A DNA stretch of 64,000 bases. It comes from Patescibacteria group bacterium (GTDB taxonomy: Bacteria > Patescibacteriota > UBA1384 > XYA2-FULL-43-10 > 1-14-0-10-43-13). Shown here in pieces: positions 1 to 9,120 of the stretch; the first letter of the stretch is position 1, and the number at the start of each line of letters is the position of its first letter. A program made the position numbers and the translations under genes. Where the stretch lies: assembly GCA_041666325.1 (NCBI GenBank), contig JBAYHC010000003.1:95102-159101 (forward strand), written 5' to 3'. The notes beneath the pieces were generated by a model. The model was not told the DNA's origin, searched no databases, and was given only the letters and a program-made list of their open reading frames with translations.

Positions 1-142
1 TGAAGTGAGCTTTCAACTTGTCAGCATCTTCGGCATCAAGAATGTCCTGTAAAACAAAAATGTCCAGTATGGACTGGCCTGCAAGAACGCTCTCGGATAA
101 ACCCTTGAGAGTTTGAGAATTTTTGTATTTTACGTCAGGCAT
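1..142 (-). CDS. 5' part of a gene running off the window edge, next gene of the pilus operon (product uncertain)
   Basis: ATG at 142 opens a frame MPDVKYKNSQ... with no stop before position 1; co-oriented with pilN/pilO. Confidence 0.5.
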   Translation of the reverse strand, partial: MPDVKYKNSQTLKGLSESVLAGQSILDIFVLQDILDAEDADKLKAHF

Positions 143-189
143 AATGTGGGAGAATTGACTATTTATACATGGGCAGCAAGCAAACCGTT

Positions 190-450
190 TTACTCGGTTG
201 GATCAAAGGGATTGCTGCGCCCCATTTTGTCTATAGGAGTCGCGAGCGGGATGTTAGCGTTATTTTCAAGATCGCCAATCAATAGCGACGACTCACTTTT
301 TAAGCTACGTATCTCAACCGGTTTGAGATTCTCGGGAACAACAAATGTATTCTGTATTCCCCTGGTCCCAGACCAAAGCCAGAAAAAGAGAACAACTGTT
401 GTTGCCAAAATCGCCAAACTGCCCACAAGATTTAACAATCGATAATTCAT
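190..450 (-). CDS. Small membrane-anchored pilus assembly protein (PilP-like position)
   Basis: N-terminal TM helix, C-terminal GRSNPF motif, directly downstream of pilO. Confidence 0.6.
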   Translation of the reverse strand: MNYRLLNLVGSLAILATTVVLFFWLWSGTRGIQNTFVVPENLKPVEIRSLKSESSLLIGDLENNANIPLATPIDKMGRSNPFDPTE

Positions 451-475
451 ATATCTCCTAACTGGCTTTCCGACA

Positions 476-1042
476 CTACTCTAAAGGTACGGCCGGAAGC
501 TGTGTTGATGACCCCTGACCAGACAACGAACTACTAGTGCGCTTGTAGGCATCCACCTCAAGCGAAAGAGTTAAATCATCGTCATTCGAGGAAACACTAA
601 ATGTCTTGATATTCATGTAGCGAATATCATTTTCTATTGATGAGATAAACTTACTTAATTTTTCGAAGTCACCCTTAATGTTAAAAACTATGCCGATAGT
701 ACTGCCAGCAGAAGTATCATCAGAGATTTGCAAACTTGGCAGCGATGCTTCGTTCTTGATTGCCAATGCTTCTAGCTCCGTAATAAGGTTAGGCATATCT
801 GTGTCTGCTGGTACAGAGAGCAATAGCTTGTCGACAGTGTCGCCAAGCTCCTCAAGGTCAGCTTGTGCCCCTTTAAGAGAATCGAGCTTATCTCTGGAGG
901 ATTCAATCTCGCTTGTTAACGCTAGCATTTGGGACTTATCGGTCTTGTACTGCGGAACAAGCACTTTCCATGAAAAGATAAAACAGCCCGCGATCAGCAG
1001 TAAGGCGAAAGCAAAGTATTCTGTTTTGAGATTACGATTCAT
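476..1042 (-). CDS. pilO: Type IV pilus assembly protein PilO
   Basis: TM, coiled coil, 'VP...DMPNLITELE', 'KGDFEKLSKFISSIENDIR' ferredoxin-like pattern. Confidence 0.85.
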   Translation of the reverse strand: MNRNLKTEYFAFALLLIAGCFIFSWKVLVPQYKTDKSQMLALTSEIESSRDKLDSLKGAQADLEELGDTVDKLLLSVPADTDMPNLITELEALAIKNEASLPSLQISDDTSAGSTIGIVFNIKGDFEKLSKFISSIENDIRYMNIKTFSVSSNDDDLTLSLEVDAYKRTSSSLSGQGSSTQLPAVPLE

Positions 1043-1051
1043 TGATTATCC

Positions 1052-1798
1052 TCAAAAATTACTTACACTGTCAGAGGACAGGCTATCCGTATCCACAGAT
1101 TGGCTGGAATCATCAAGAATTGACGATGAATCTATGACTGTACTACCTGCAGTGTCTTCAATAATTTCTTCAGCAGCGCTGCTGCCAGTCTCGGCTGCCA
1201 ATCCCTTGGTGGTATCGACGCTAGCAGATATCACAAAAGATGCCTTGGGGTTAGTCTCATCCGCATCATCAGCCACACCAAAGGACTGAAGTTTGACACC
1301 AGAAAGAACTTGCCATGATTGCAGCGCCATCATCAGCTCAGCGATAGAGCGGTATGATTTAGTTGACCCTGTTATCGTAATATTGTTATCAGAATTGAAG
1401 GAAAGATTGCTAACCTGAACGTCGTTAGTAATGTATTTGAAAAATTCAGGCAAAAATTCATTTACTGCATATCGCTTTGACGCCGCGTCCTTTAGCATGG
1501 TTACGGCGTCCTTAAAGTCTGCCGCACGCTTCTCAACCTGGCTGTAGGTTGGACTAGTAATCTCTTGAATAATTGTATCCTTCTCGTCCTGTTTGCTGAT
1601 GACCGCACTAGCCAAGTTTCGATTAGTCCACCAAAACATAAATGTAACAACAACAGAAATAACAACCGCAAAAACGATAATTATTGTACTGTAATCAAAG
1701 CTCTCCTTGTCGGAGAACTTGATAATTTCCCCCATCTCCGGTGGCTTGGCAGCGGACTTGCCCGCTGTTTTTTTAGAAAAAACCCCCGCCAATTGCAT
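1052..1798 (-). CDS. pilN: Type IV pilus assembly protein PilN-like
   Basis: TM, coiled coil, 'VQVSNLSF...ITITGSTKSY' PilN pattern; upstream of pilO. Confidence 0.75.
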   Translation of the reverse strand: MQLAGVFSKKTAGKSAAKPPEMGEIIKFSDKESFDYSTIIIVFAVVISVVVTFMFWWTNRNLASAVISKQDEKDTIIQEITSPTYSQVEKRAADFKDAVTMLKDAASKRYAVNEFLPEFFKYITNDVQVSNLSFNSDNNITITGSTKSYRSIAELMMALQSWQVLSGVKLQSFGVADDADETNPKASFVISASVDTTKGLAAETGSSAAEEIIEDTAGSTVIDSSSILDDSSQSVDTDSLSSDSVSNF

Positions 1799-1878
1799 TT
1801 ACGACCCTCCTAGAACTTGATGCTATCTACTCTATTTTAAAAGCTTATTTACCGTTGGTCAATAGCCACCGGGTATAA

Positions 1879-1960
1879 AGTTGATAGTAGATAGCGGAAG
1901 ATACAAGGGGGGTTATATTTTTATCCCCCACCCTCTACTTTCTACTATCTGCTTTCTACT
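1879..1960. repeat. Imperfect inverted array of 7-nt units (AGTAGAT/TCTACT-like)
   Basis: GATAGTAGATAGCGGAAGA at 1883-1901 against TCTACTTTCTACTATCTGCTTTCTACT at 1934-1960. Confidence 0.6.
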
Positions 1961-3152
1961 CTTCCGCTTGGGGCATGTTGAGATAACGAAAACCAGAAGG
2001 CCAATCCTGGCCCAAGCTGTAATCATAATAAAAGGCGCTATTACTAGCAGAGCTAATGTTAAAATTCTTTGCCACAAAAGCACCGCTAAAAATTGTATTG
2101 TTGCGCTGAACCGTGAAGGTATCCCGAGAGAAGATGGCTGCTTGAATCTTGTTGTTGCCAGCAAAGGTAATATTGCCCGTAACGATGATGCCAAGCCGGC
2201 TGTTGCGATCGCCATGTTCGATAGACACGCCATCACCAATAGTCATGTTACCCTTAACAATTATGGTTCCCTTGCCGTAATACAAATGGTCATGATTTGT
2301 AAGGTTTAGGTCGCCATCGACAACCCAAACCTTGCCTTCTGGATAAGCACTGGCCTCACTTGGGGTAGTGCTCGTATAAATTCCCGCGCCTTTATTAATA
2401 TCAGTTCCAGAGGGAACACCAGCATTTTGCAAATACCAATTATACAAATTAATTGCGTTCATATTCTGCAAACTGTGGGTAGCATCATTGATCACCACAC
2501 CCTCGCTAGCGAGAACATCAATCTTTTCTTTGTATTGCTTGTAAACTTCGGTCTCAGTTGCACCATCACCCTTAAGCCAAGTCGATTGAGCTTGCGGATT
2601 GAGTGTATAATTTCCCAGTTTCCAAGCGGAATCAGCCTTTGGTAAGCCATTGGTTTGAGATTGGGCAAGATTTTTGCCCCAATACTTGAAACTATCAGCC
2701 AAACCATCTCTTGAATAAATATCGCCCAAAGCAAGGCTTTTAGGATACACCGTAGCCGCGACCTCAATCATTGCTTTATTGCTCTGCTCAGGATCAGAAA
2801 ACAAAGTTCTGCTAGTCATTAGCTGAATGCCATTTGCAATACTAGGAAATGTTTCGAGGATAAAACAGGCCGTAGTGACACTCAATCCACAAGATGATAT
2901 CGAACGAGCAAAGCCTAATTTAAACGTTGGGGGAGTGAGAACGTTAATGTCATCTGAGGAATAATTAACAACCGCCTCGTTACCATTGAAGCTACCGTAG
3001 TATGTATCCTTACCATCAACAATAACGCTTGCCTGGCCAGCCATGACATCTGGTAACTTACCCGAAGAGGCAAAAGTAGGTGTGGGCAAAACAGAAAGCA
3101 ACAAAGCCAGTGAGGTTAAGATGAGTCTCATTAATTCCTCGTTACAGTACAA
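1956..3152 (-). CDS. Secreted PilX-like / beta-helix pilus-associated protein
   Basis: Signal peptide; C-terminal 'VDGDLNL...GTIIVKGNMTI...LGIIVTGNITF...SGAFVA' repeats typical of PilX-type C-termini. Confidence 0.6.
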   Translation of the reverse strand: MYCNEELMRLILTSLALLLSVLPTPTFASSGKLPDVMAGQASVIVDGKDTYYGSFNGNEAVVNYSSDDINVLTPPTFKLGFARSISSCGLSVTTACFILETFPSIANGIQLMTSRTLFSDPEQSNKAMIEVAATVYPKSLALGDIYSRDGLADSFKYWGKNLAQSQTNGLPKADSAWKLGNYTLNPQAQSTWLKGDGATETEVYKQYKEKIDVLASEGVVINDATHSLQNMNAINLYNWYLQNAGVPSGTDINKGAGIYTSTTPSEASAYPEGKVWVVDGDLNLTNHDHLYYGKGTIIVKGNMTIGDGVSIEHGDRNSRLGIIVTGNITFAGNNKIQAAIFSRDTFTVQRNNTIFSGAFVAKNFNISSASNSAFYYDYSLGQDWPSGFRYLNMPQAEE

Positions 3153-5530
3153 TTATAAGACAGCTTTATCGAATTAAGACTGGGATCAAGAAGGCGAAAT
3201 TTCCAATAAACATGGTTGGTTTCATTTGTCTGACGAATAATTCTCAGCTTGGCAGCATCGTTTGGAACGGAATTATTAATTGTACCTATTTGACAAGAGG
3301 CACCAGAAATAAGTGGATTTGTCGCCAAAATATAGTCCCGAACCTCGGTATCTATCCCGGCTACCAAATTAGAGACGGTTAGCTCGACGGTAATGACATC
3401 ATTCGCCTGGAGTGAATACGGGTTGAAGCCAAGGCCTGTCCCCGGCCTATCGTATGGCACTAAAACTTTACTTATAGTCACAGCTGGCTGGCTTAACTTT
3501 TTGATTATTATCCGACCCCCGCCTCCTCCTCCACCAGTATTTTCACCACCGGCAGCGCCATTCGCCTCAATACCAACTGGAGTATGTATGTCAGAAAGAA
3601 TGTAACCATATTGACCACCAGATAGTCCGTTCGAAGTGGCGACTGCATTGGCTTTGTTTGACGGCATTTGGTATTGGCTTGCCTCAAGCCAAATCATGCC
3701 GCCCGATCCGCCGCCAGACCACCCGGGCATATCATCACAGTCCGTTGCAGCACCGAGCCAGCTATCGTGGCAATCCCGTCCATTCACTCTGCCACCACCA
3801 GTACCATTTGCCTGAATCACAGACCCGTCATTCAAGACTATCCTCGCGGCCCGAAAATGGATTCTTCCCCCTCCAGCGCCACCAGAGGTTCTACCGTCAG
3901 CGCCTCCATCACGTCCCACAACCCAAACTCCACCACCACCGGACCCGAAGTGGAATTGATTCGCATCATATGTTGAGTAGCTTGTTGTCGCAGGATAAAT
4001 CTTACCGTTTGTACATGTTGTTGACCCATCGGCGCAACCGTTGGACCCACCGACCCCGCCAAAACCACCGCCACCGGAAATCTGATCCCTAGCAGCTGCA
4101 TATTTTCCTACGCCCCCTCCCGGACCGCAGCCACCATTTCCATTTATGCCACCCGGTCCACCGGAAGCATTGGCAGTAACCTTGCCATTGCTCTCAAGTA
4201 TAAGGTCTGTATCTAGCTCAATATTGATGCCCTGGTTGCCGCTACCGTTATTCCATGACGAACAATCCGTCAAAGCAGAATTAGTCCACTGATAAAGCTC
4301 ACCGTTGTTTCGAATGGTTAAGCTCTTGTATCTGACGGGAGTAGTTCCGTTGGCAACCCAGACGCGCTTGTTGTCAATAATCACATCTTTGCCCACACAC
4401 GAAGGCGGGATCCAGTCATTAGTACTGCTGCTTGTTATGGTACAGAGCTGAGTTACGCTATTAAACTCCAAGCGGATTCTGCCACCGCCACCGCCACCGC
4501 CACGAGCATTGTTATCAACCGTGTTGCCACCCTTGGCCTGAATATTGCTACCATAATTTCTTTCTGTCGAGATTCCGCCATAAGATACTGTGGCCGATTC
4601 CCCATCATTCCCCCCATCTCCACCGCTTGCATTAGGCGATAATCCAGCATTGATTTCTGTTATCAGGGCACTTGCAGTAAGCCAAACAGTTCCGCCTGCG
4701 CCACCACCACCGCTTGCCCGATAATCAGCTGTGCCATCACCACCATTGGCGGTAATTGATGAGGTAGAGTCAATAGCGATTGTACCAGCAGTAACGCGGA
4801 TAATTCCACCGCCAGCTCCACCCCAACCAATACGATTGTTGTTGCGACGACGGGCTGTTCCCCCGCCGGAACCGTGCTGAAACGGAGCGTCAGCAAGTCC
4901 ATACTCGCCGCCGCCTGGATTGCTCCCATCTCCACCTTCACCACCATAACCGCCGCCGCCGCCGGAGGTACCCGACTCGTAGATGCTATACCCCTGCCCA
5001 CCGCCTGGGCCCCAACCATCACACGCCGTCTCGCGATTATGCGCTGCTTCCGCACAGTCTATTTCACCGCCAGGGAAACCCTTGGCATCCGCATTAATCT
5101 TTGCATTATTTTCGAGCTTTAAATCTTGAGTAACCGTAATTTCGATCTTTTTTCCAGAGCCAGACGCTGTTATATTGCCATCATAATTGGTGTCTGTTCT
5201 GCGAACTAGTGGATCATGAACAAGCTTTCCGTTGTTCTTGATTGTTAGGTTCCTAAATGTATGAGGACCCGTAATCGTAACGATGACTCCATCAATAATA
5301 ACATCGTCATTTGAGTAATCGGTAGTGGTACCCATGGTCCTGTTGCCGGCAGGAGTGGTTGAGTCAAAGGTCGTCGCCTTTGTTTGTGTTGGGTTCTTGA
5401 CTACCAGTATTTGAGACAAAAATACTACAACCAAAGCCGAGGCCAAAACCGTCAACAGACGTATCTTGAACCTGAGATCTAGTGCTCGCGAAATTGAGTG
5501 CTTTGACATAAACCCCTCGTCTTTATGCAA
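3131..5530 (-). CDS. Glycine-rich surface protein with two copies of a G-rich domain
   Basis: N-terminal TM/signal; duplicated 'DVIID...LTIKNNG.L...GGGGYGG.GG...GSGGG...GGAGGG.I...ANG' module. Confidence 0.75.
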   Translation of the reverse strand: MHKDEGFMSKHSISRALDLRFKIRLLTVLASALVVVFLSQILVVKNPTQTKATTFDSTTPAGNRTMGTTTDYSNDDVIIDGVIVTITGPHTFRNLTIKNNGKLVHDPLVRRTDTNYDGNITASGSGKKIEITVTQDLKLENNAKINADAKGFPGGEIDCAEAAHNRETACDGWGPGGGQGYSIYESGTSGGGGGYGGEGGDGSNPGGGEYGLADAPFQHGSGGGTARRRNNNRIGWGGAGGGIIRVTAGTIAIDSTSSITANGGDGTADYRASGGGGAGGTVWLTASALITEINAGLSPNASGGDGGNDGESATVSYGGISTERNYGSNIQAKGGNTVDNNARGGGGGGGRIRLEFNSVTQLCTITSSSTNDWIPPSCVGKDVIIDNKRVWVANGTTPVRYKSLTIRNNGELYQWTNSALTDCSSWNNGSGNQGINIELDTDLILESNGKVTANASGGPGGINGNGGCGPGGGVGKYAAARDQISGGGGFGGVGGSNGCADGSTTCTNGKIYPATTSYSTYDANQFHFGSGGGGVWVVGRDGGADGRTSGGAGGGRIHFRAARIVLNDGSVIQANGTGGGRVNGRDCHDSWLGAATDCDDMPGWSGGGSGGMIWLEASQYQMPSNKANAVATSNGLSGGQYGYILSDIHTPVGIEANGAAGGENTGGGGGGGRIIIKKLSQPAVTISKVLVPYDRPGTGLGFNPYSLQANDVITVELTVSNLVAGIDTEVRDYILATNPLISGASCQIGTINNSVPNDAAKLRIIRQTNETNHVYWKFRLLDPSLNSIKLSYNCTVTRN

Positions 5531-5596
5531 AAAAATTGTGGACGATTTTCCTATCTACTATGTTATCCAATTTGTGTCCAATCGGTCAACTGCCTA

Positions 5597-6874
5597 TTAA
5601 TGGATAATGTCATAGCGCGGCCTGCCAAAGGGAATTCGGTCAGGAGCGCTATCGCGGCCATAAAACATAGAAGCCGGATAAGCCACACCCGGACCGAACT
5701 TATTGTCTATTTCATCAAGAACATGAGAAATCTGGCGAGATTTATGAATTTCTGAAAAGAGAGAAATCTGTTCGCCCCTCATTCGAACCAATCCGAAGGC
5801 TGACACGGAAACAAAAATTGGCTGACGCTCCCTAAACCCTAACTGATCCGGGCTATCGAAGTCATTCCACAAACATTTCCTAAGCAAAAATTCAACATGC
5901 TGACGAAAACTATTGTTGTCGCAAAAAGGATCCACCCTTTTGCTCTGATGAAAATTATTATGATCCGTGAAACCGATAGCGACTGATACACCGCTGGCCC
6001 AACAGCCACATTGCCTCAATCGATACCCCGCCTTGTAGATAAGCTTGTCCAAAACTGATAATGCCCCTTGTTTTGTCCTAAGATCAGGAGAAAGGACATG
6101 AGAGTGACCAATTGTTTTACCCTTGGCCTCAAACCTATCGACCTCATATCCCCTAAGCCGAAAATACCAAAGACGGCCTGGGTGATTGAGGATCTGGCGC
6201 AACTCAGACAAGGTCATATGATATAGGGAAAGAGGTGTAAAAACTCCCTTCGCCTTCAAAAATTTTTCCATGCGCCAATTTATCCCGGGCAGGTCAATCA
6301 GTTGCAGACAAGAGTAAAAAGATTCTAGTTCATCAAGCTCCAGAACTGTCATCCCGTCGGGTTTTTTGCTCTCACCTGCCACCTTGGACAAAAAATAGTT
6401 CGGACCAATACCGATTGAGCAACGAAGATAGTCCCCGACATCTTTCGCCATCTTTGCCTTAATACTTAGCGCTAACACGGCAGAAGACTTCTTGTTCTGC
6501 TCCCTTGGCGTCAAGCGCAGCAAAAATTCATCAATGCTCAACGGTTGGTAAAAGGGCGTGAAACTTTCAACAACCTTTTTTATCTCTTTGTGATAGATCA
6601 TGTAGAGAGCGGGGCGCGACTCTAAAATAGCAACTTTGGGATAAATACTCTTGGCCTCCCCGACTTTAGTACCAGTTTTTATGCCCAGAGCCTTTGCCTC
6701 AGAGGAGGCCGCGATAATGCAACCGCTGTTACCGGTATAGGGAGCAACACCAACCGGCTTCCCTCTTAGCTCTGGTCGGACCTGCTGCTCAACAGAGGCA
6801 AAGAAGGAGTTCATATCGAGAAAGAGAGTTCCATAATCCTTTGGAGGATTATGGAACAAGTTAATAAAGTTCAT
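5597..6874 (-). CDS. dinB: Y-family DNA polymerase IV / ImuB-like
   Basis: 'FLDMNSFFASVEQ', 'SIDE', 'SIGIGPN..LSKVA...KPDG' motifs. Confidence 0.9.
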   Translation of the reverse strand: MNFINLFHNPPKDYGTLFLDMNSFFASVEQQVRPELRGKPVGVAPYTGNSGCIIAASSEAKALGIKTGTKVGEAKSIYPKVAILESRPALYMIYHKEIKKVVESFTPFYQPLSIDEFLLRLTPREQNKKSSAVLALSIKAKMAKDVGDYLRCSIGIGPNYFLSKVAGESKKPDGMTVLELDELESFYSCLQLIDLPGINWRMEKFLKAKGVFTPLSLYHMTLSELRQILNHPGRLWYFRLRGYEVDRFEAKGKTIGHSHVLSPDLRTKQGALSVLDKLIYKAGYRLRQCGCWASGVSVAIGFTDHNNFHQSKRVDPFCDNNSFRQHVEFLLRKCLWNDFDSPDQLGFRERQPIFVSVSAFGLVRMRGEQISLFSEIHKSRQISHVLDEIDNKFGPGVAYPASMFYGRDSAPDRIPFGRPRYDIIH

Positions 6875-6888
6875 AAGGTTTATAAAGT
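6858..6888. repeat. Inverted repeat arm (31 bp, 9-nt periodic) overlapping the dinB start codon
   Basis: AAGTTAATAAAGTTCATAAGGTTTATAAAGT; 28/31 match to reverse complement of 7256-7286. Confidence 0.85.
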
Positions 6889-7238
6889 TAATTCTTGATC
6901 GCTTTAATCAGGGCCGATAAAATTCGACAAATATCAATAGTCTCCCGATGAAATTCATCAAACAAATTCTTGTCGATGTAATTTAATTCAAGTGCCAAAT
7001 ACAACATTGACCTAACTTCAGCACAGGACCCCTTAGCAATATAAAGAAATTTGCCAAACTCTTTGTTGCCCTTTCGCTCAAAACCCTCAGCAATATTATT
7101 CATACTCGACACCGAGGCGCGCCTTATCTGGTCTCTAAACGAAAAGTCTCGCCAACTATTACTTATTGAGTAAATATTAATGGCTAGCTCTTTTGACTTT
7201 TGCCAAGCAATAATATCTTCAAACTTTTCGATCTTCAT
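6888..7238 (-). CDS. Four helix bundle protein (23S rRNA IVS-type family)
   Basis: 'FEDIIAWQKS...DQIRRASVS.MNNIAEGFER...FLYIAKGSCAEVRS.L' signature. Confidence 0.9.
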   Translation of the reverse strand: MKIEKFEDIIAWQKSKELAINIYSISNSWRDFSFRDQIRRASVSSMNNIAEGFERKGNKEFGKFLYIAKGSCAEVRSMLYLALELNYIDKNLFDEFHRETIDICRILSALIKAIKN

Positions 7239-7255
7239 GTTCCCCCCTGCTTAGT

Positions 7256-7286
7256 ACTTTATGAACCTTACGAACTTTATAAACTT
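7256..7286. repeat. Inverted repeat arm upstream of the four helix bundle gene
   Basis: ACTTTATGAACCTTACGAACTTTATAAACTT, partner of 6858-6888. Confidence 0.85.
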
Positions 7287-7301
7287 AATGGTATCATCAT
7301 T

Positions 7302-7317
7302 CCGAACAAAAACCAAA
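7302..7317 (-). promoter_or_regulatory. Candidate LexA operator (direct repeat TTTGG-N6-TTCGG)
   Basis: Minus strand TTTGG-tttttg-TTCGG upstream of the four-helix/dinB unit; resembles the direct-repeat LexA motif I recall being described for Patescibacteria. Confidence 0.5.
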
Positions 7318-7445
7318 CAAGTTATCAACAGAATGTTTTTTCCAAAACGGGTAGAGCTTTTCAACAATAAAGATTTTCTTTGGCCATTAAACTCTTCTAA
7401 ACTTCTTTCTCATTGTTACTATGGATATAGGGGGAGAGGAGGATT

Positions 7446-8264
7446 ATGAATAAAGTAAACACAAGAAAATTATTTTCTTTTGCTGGGTTCGGGCAGAAAG
7501 CAAAAGGCTTGGTGGCTGGGTTTATAATGCTATCGTCAGCAGGACAATTCAATCCTGCCGCGTTGGCTGGATATACTAATGCTGCATACAACAGCTACAA
7601 GCCACGATACGATTACTACCAGCCAGACACTAATAGATATGATAGCAACCCGACCGTTTTCCAATCAGAGCAGTACTATGGCGGCGACCCACGCAACTAT
7701 GTGGCGCAAGGTCAACGCTATGGTGCATATCTAACACCAGAACAAGCAGCGCTGCGCTTCCATGATCGTAACTTTGATTTTCGTTTTGATAATACAAACA
7801 AGGACATGGTTACACCGCTAACTCTCCAGCCGATAGGATACAATCCTTATGATTATTATCAGTACAGCAGATCGGCCCGCTGGCGCTATGGTCAGCCCGC
7901 CCACAAGATGGTTGTTTATCAAAACATGTATCCCAATGTAGATGTTGCATACCAGGGAGACCAACGGCGATTTGGATATGACTTCTGGGTTCGTCCCGGC
8001 GGCAATCCTAACAATGTAGTGCTAGCATTTAATAATGTCGGACAGGTCAATGTGGCACCAAACGGAGAACTTGTGCTGGTGATAGACGGCAGGCAACTTC
8101 GCTGCGCCAGACCAAGCGTTTACCAAAATTACAACGGGGCCAGGCAAACAGTCCCTGTCAACTACCGGGCTTACCCCGACAATCGTGTTGGATTTGATTT
8201 CGGACAATACGACCCTAATCAGAATCTCTACATGGACCCAATTTACTTCGACCCCATCTATTAA
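7446..8264 (+). CDS. Secreted protein with the domain usually found N-terminal to SBBP repeats
   Basis: 'VVYQNMYPNVDV.Y...YDF.V.PG.NP...GELVL...P..YQ...GF..GQYD.N..L..DP' pattern; signal-like N-terminus. Confidence 0.65.
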   Translation: MNKVNTRKLFSFAGFGQKAKGLVAGFIMLSSAGQFNPAALAGYTNAAYNSYKPRYDYYQPDTNRYDSNPTVFQSEQYYGGDPRNYVAQGQRYGAYLTPEQAALRFHDRNFDFRFDNTNKDMVTPLTLQPIGYNPYDYYQYSRSARWRYGQPAHKMVVYQNMYPNVDVAYQGDQRRFGYDFWVRPGGNPNNVVLAFNNVGQVNVAPNGELVLVIDGRQLRCARPSVYQNYNGARQTVPVNYRAYPDNRVGFDFGQYDPNQNLYMDPIYFDPIY

Positions 8265-8378
8265 ATGAAATAAAAAACTGACACCAGGTTAGTGCCAGCA
8301 TGGAAAGAATCAAACAAATAGATAGATCAGCGAGAAACAGTAAGCAGGCTACCTGCTCAGGGTCTTGCCAACAAACAA

Positions 8379-8960
8379 TTATCGGCAGGAGTTGATGTAG
8401 GTAGCCAGAGAAAGCAGGTCCAAGTGTAGCCCCACTTCGCGAGCCTCACACTCGAGTGAGCGACACCGATAGAAGAGTTCACCCAATGTCGACAGGGCAA
8501 AGTACACCTGCTCATTCGACAATGTTGCTTCATCATTCACGGCATTTGTCATGATCCCGACAGAACGACGATAGTGAAAGACACGGGTATTCATACCGCG
8601 AAGCTCAACGTCTAGCCGACCCAACATTTCAACCGCTCGTATGCGTGGCTTATCGAAAAGAGGCCAAAGTTGAGTTTTATCAGTAACACCAGCTCCCATC
8701 TCCCTCCACCAAGCAGCGGTAAATGCCATAACCTCACGGCCATCGCCTGACACTTTTACCGATTGAGGCAATCTCAAATCCGAAACCATGCTCTCGGCCG
8801 TCTTCTGCCGTTCCAATAATGCTTTATGGTTATCGCAACAGTGAAACGTATCAAATCCTGCCCTTCTCCCACAACCGGCCTCAAACAAACGCGCAAGCCA
8901 ACAAGTGGCTGTGTGATAGTTGTAAAGGATACCGATTTTGTCCTTCCGACCTTGTTCCAT
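8379..8960 (-). CDS. Hypothetical protein
   Basis: 193-aa ORF with GGAGG RBS upstream. Confidence 0.55.
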   Translation of the reverse strand: MEQGRKDKIGILYNYHTATCWLARLFEAGCGRRAGFDTFHCCDNHKALLERQKTAESMVSDLRLPQSVKVSGDGREVMAFTAAWWREMGAGVTDKTQLWPLFDKPRIRAVEMLGRLDVELRGMNTRVFHYRRSVGIMTNAVNDEATLSNEQVYFALSTLGELFYRCRSLECEAREVGLHLDLLSLATYINSCR

Positions 8961-9120
8961 CGCACATTCCTCCCTTTGCCTAAGATAGGCAAGACGCGGT
9001 TATAATAGCCCAAATATCCCAAATGATCAATACAATTTGTTGACATCTAAATGAAACAATGGTACAAACGATCAGATGCTATGCGCGAGATCTAGCACAG
9101 CATCTGCAGGGAGGAACCCA

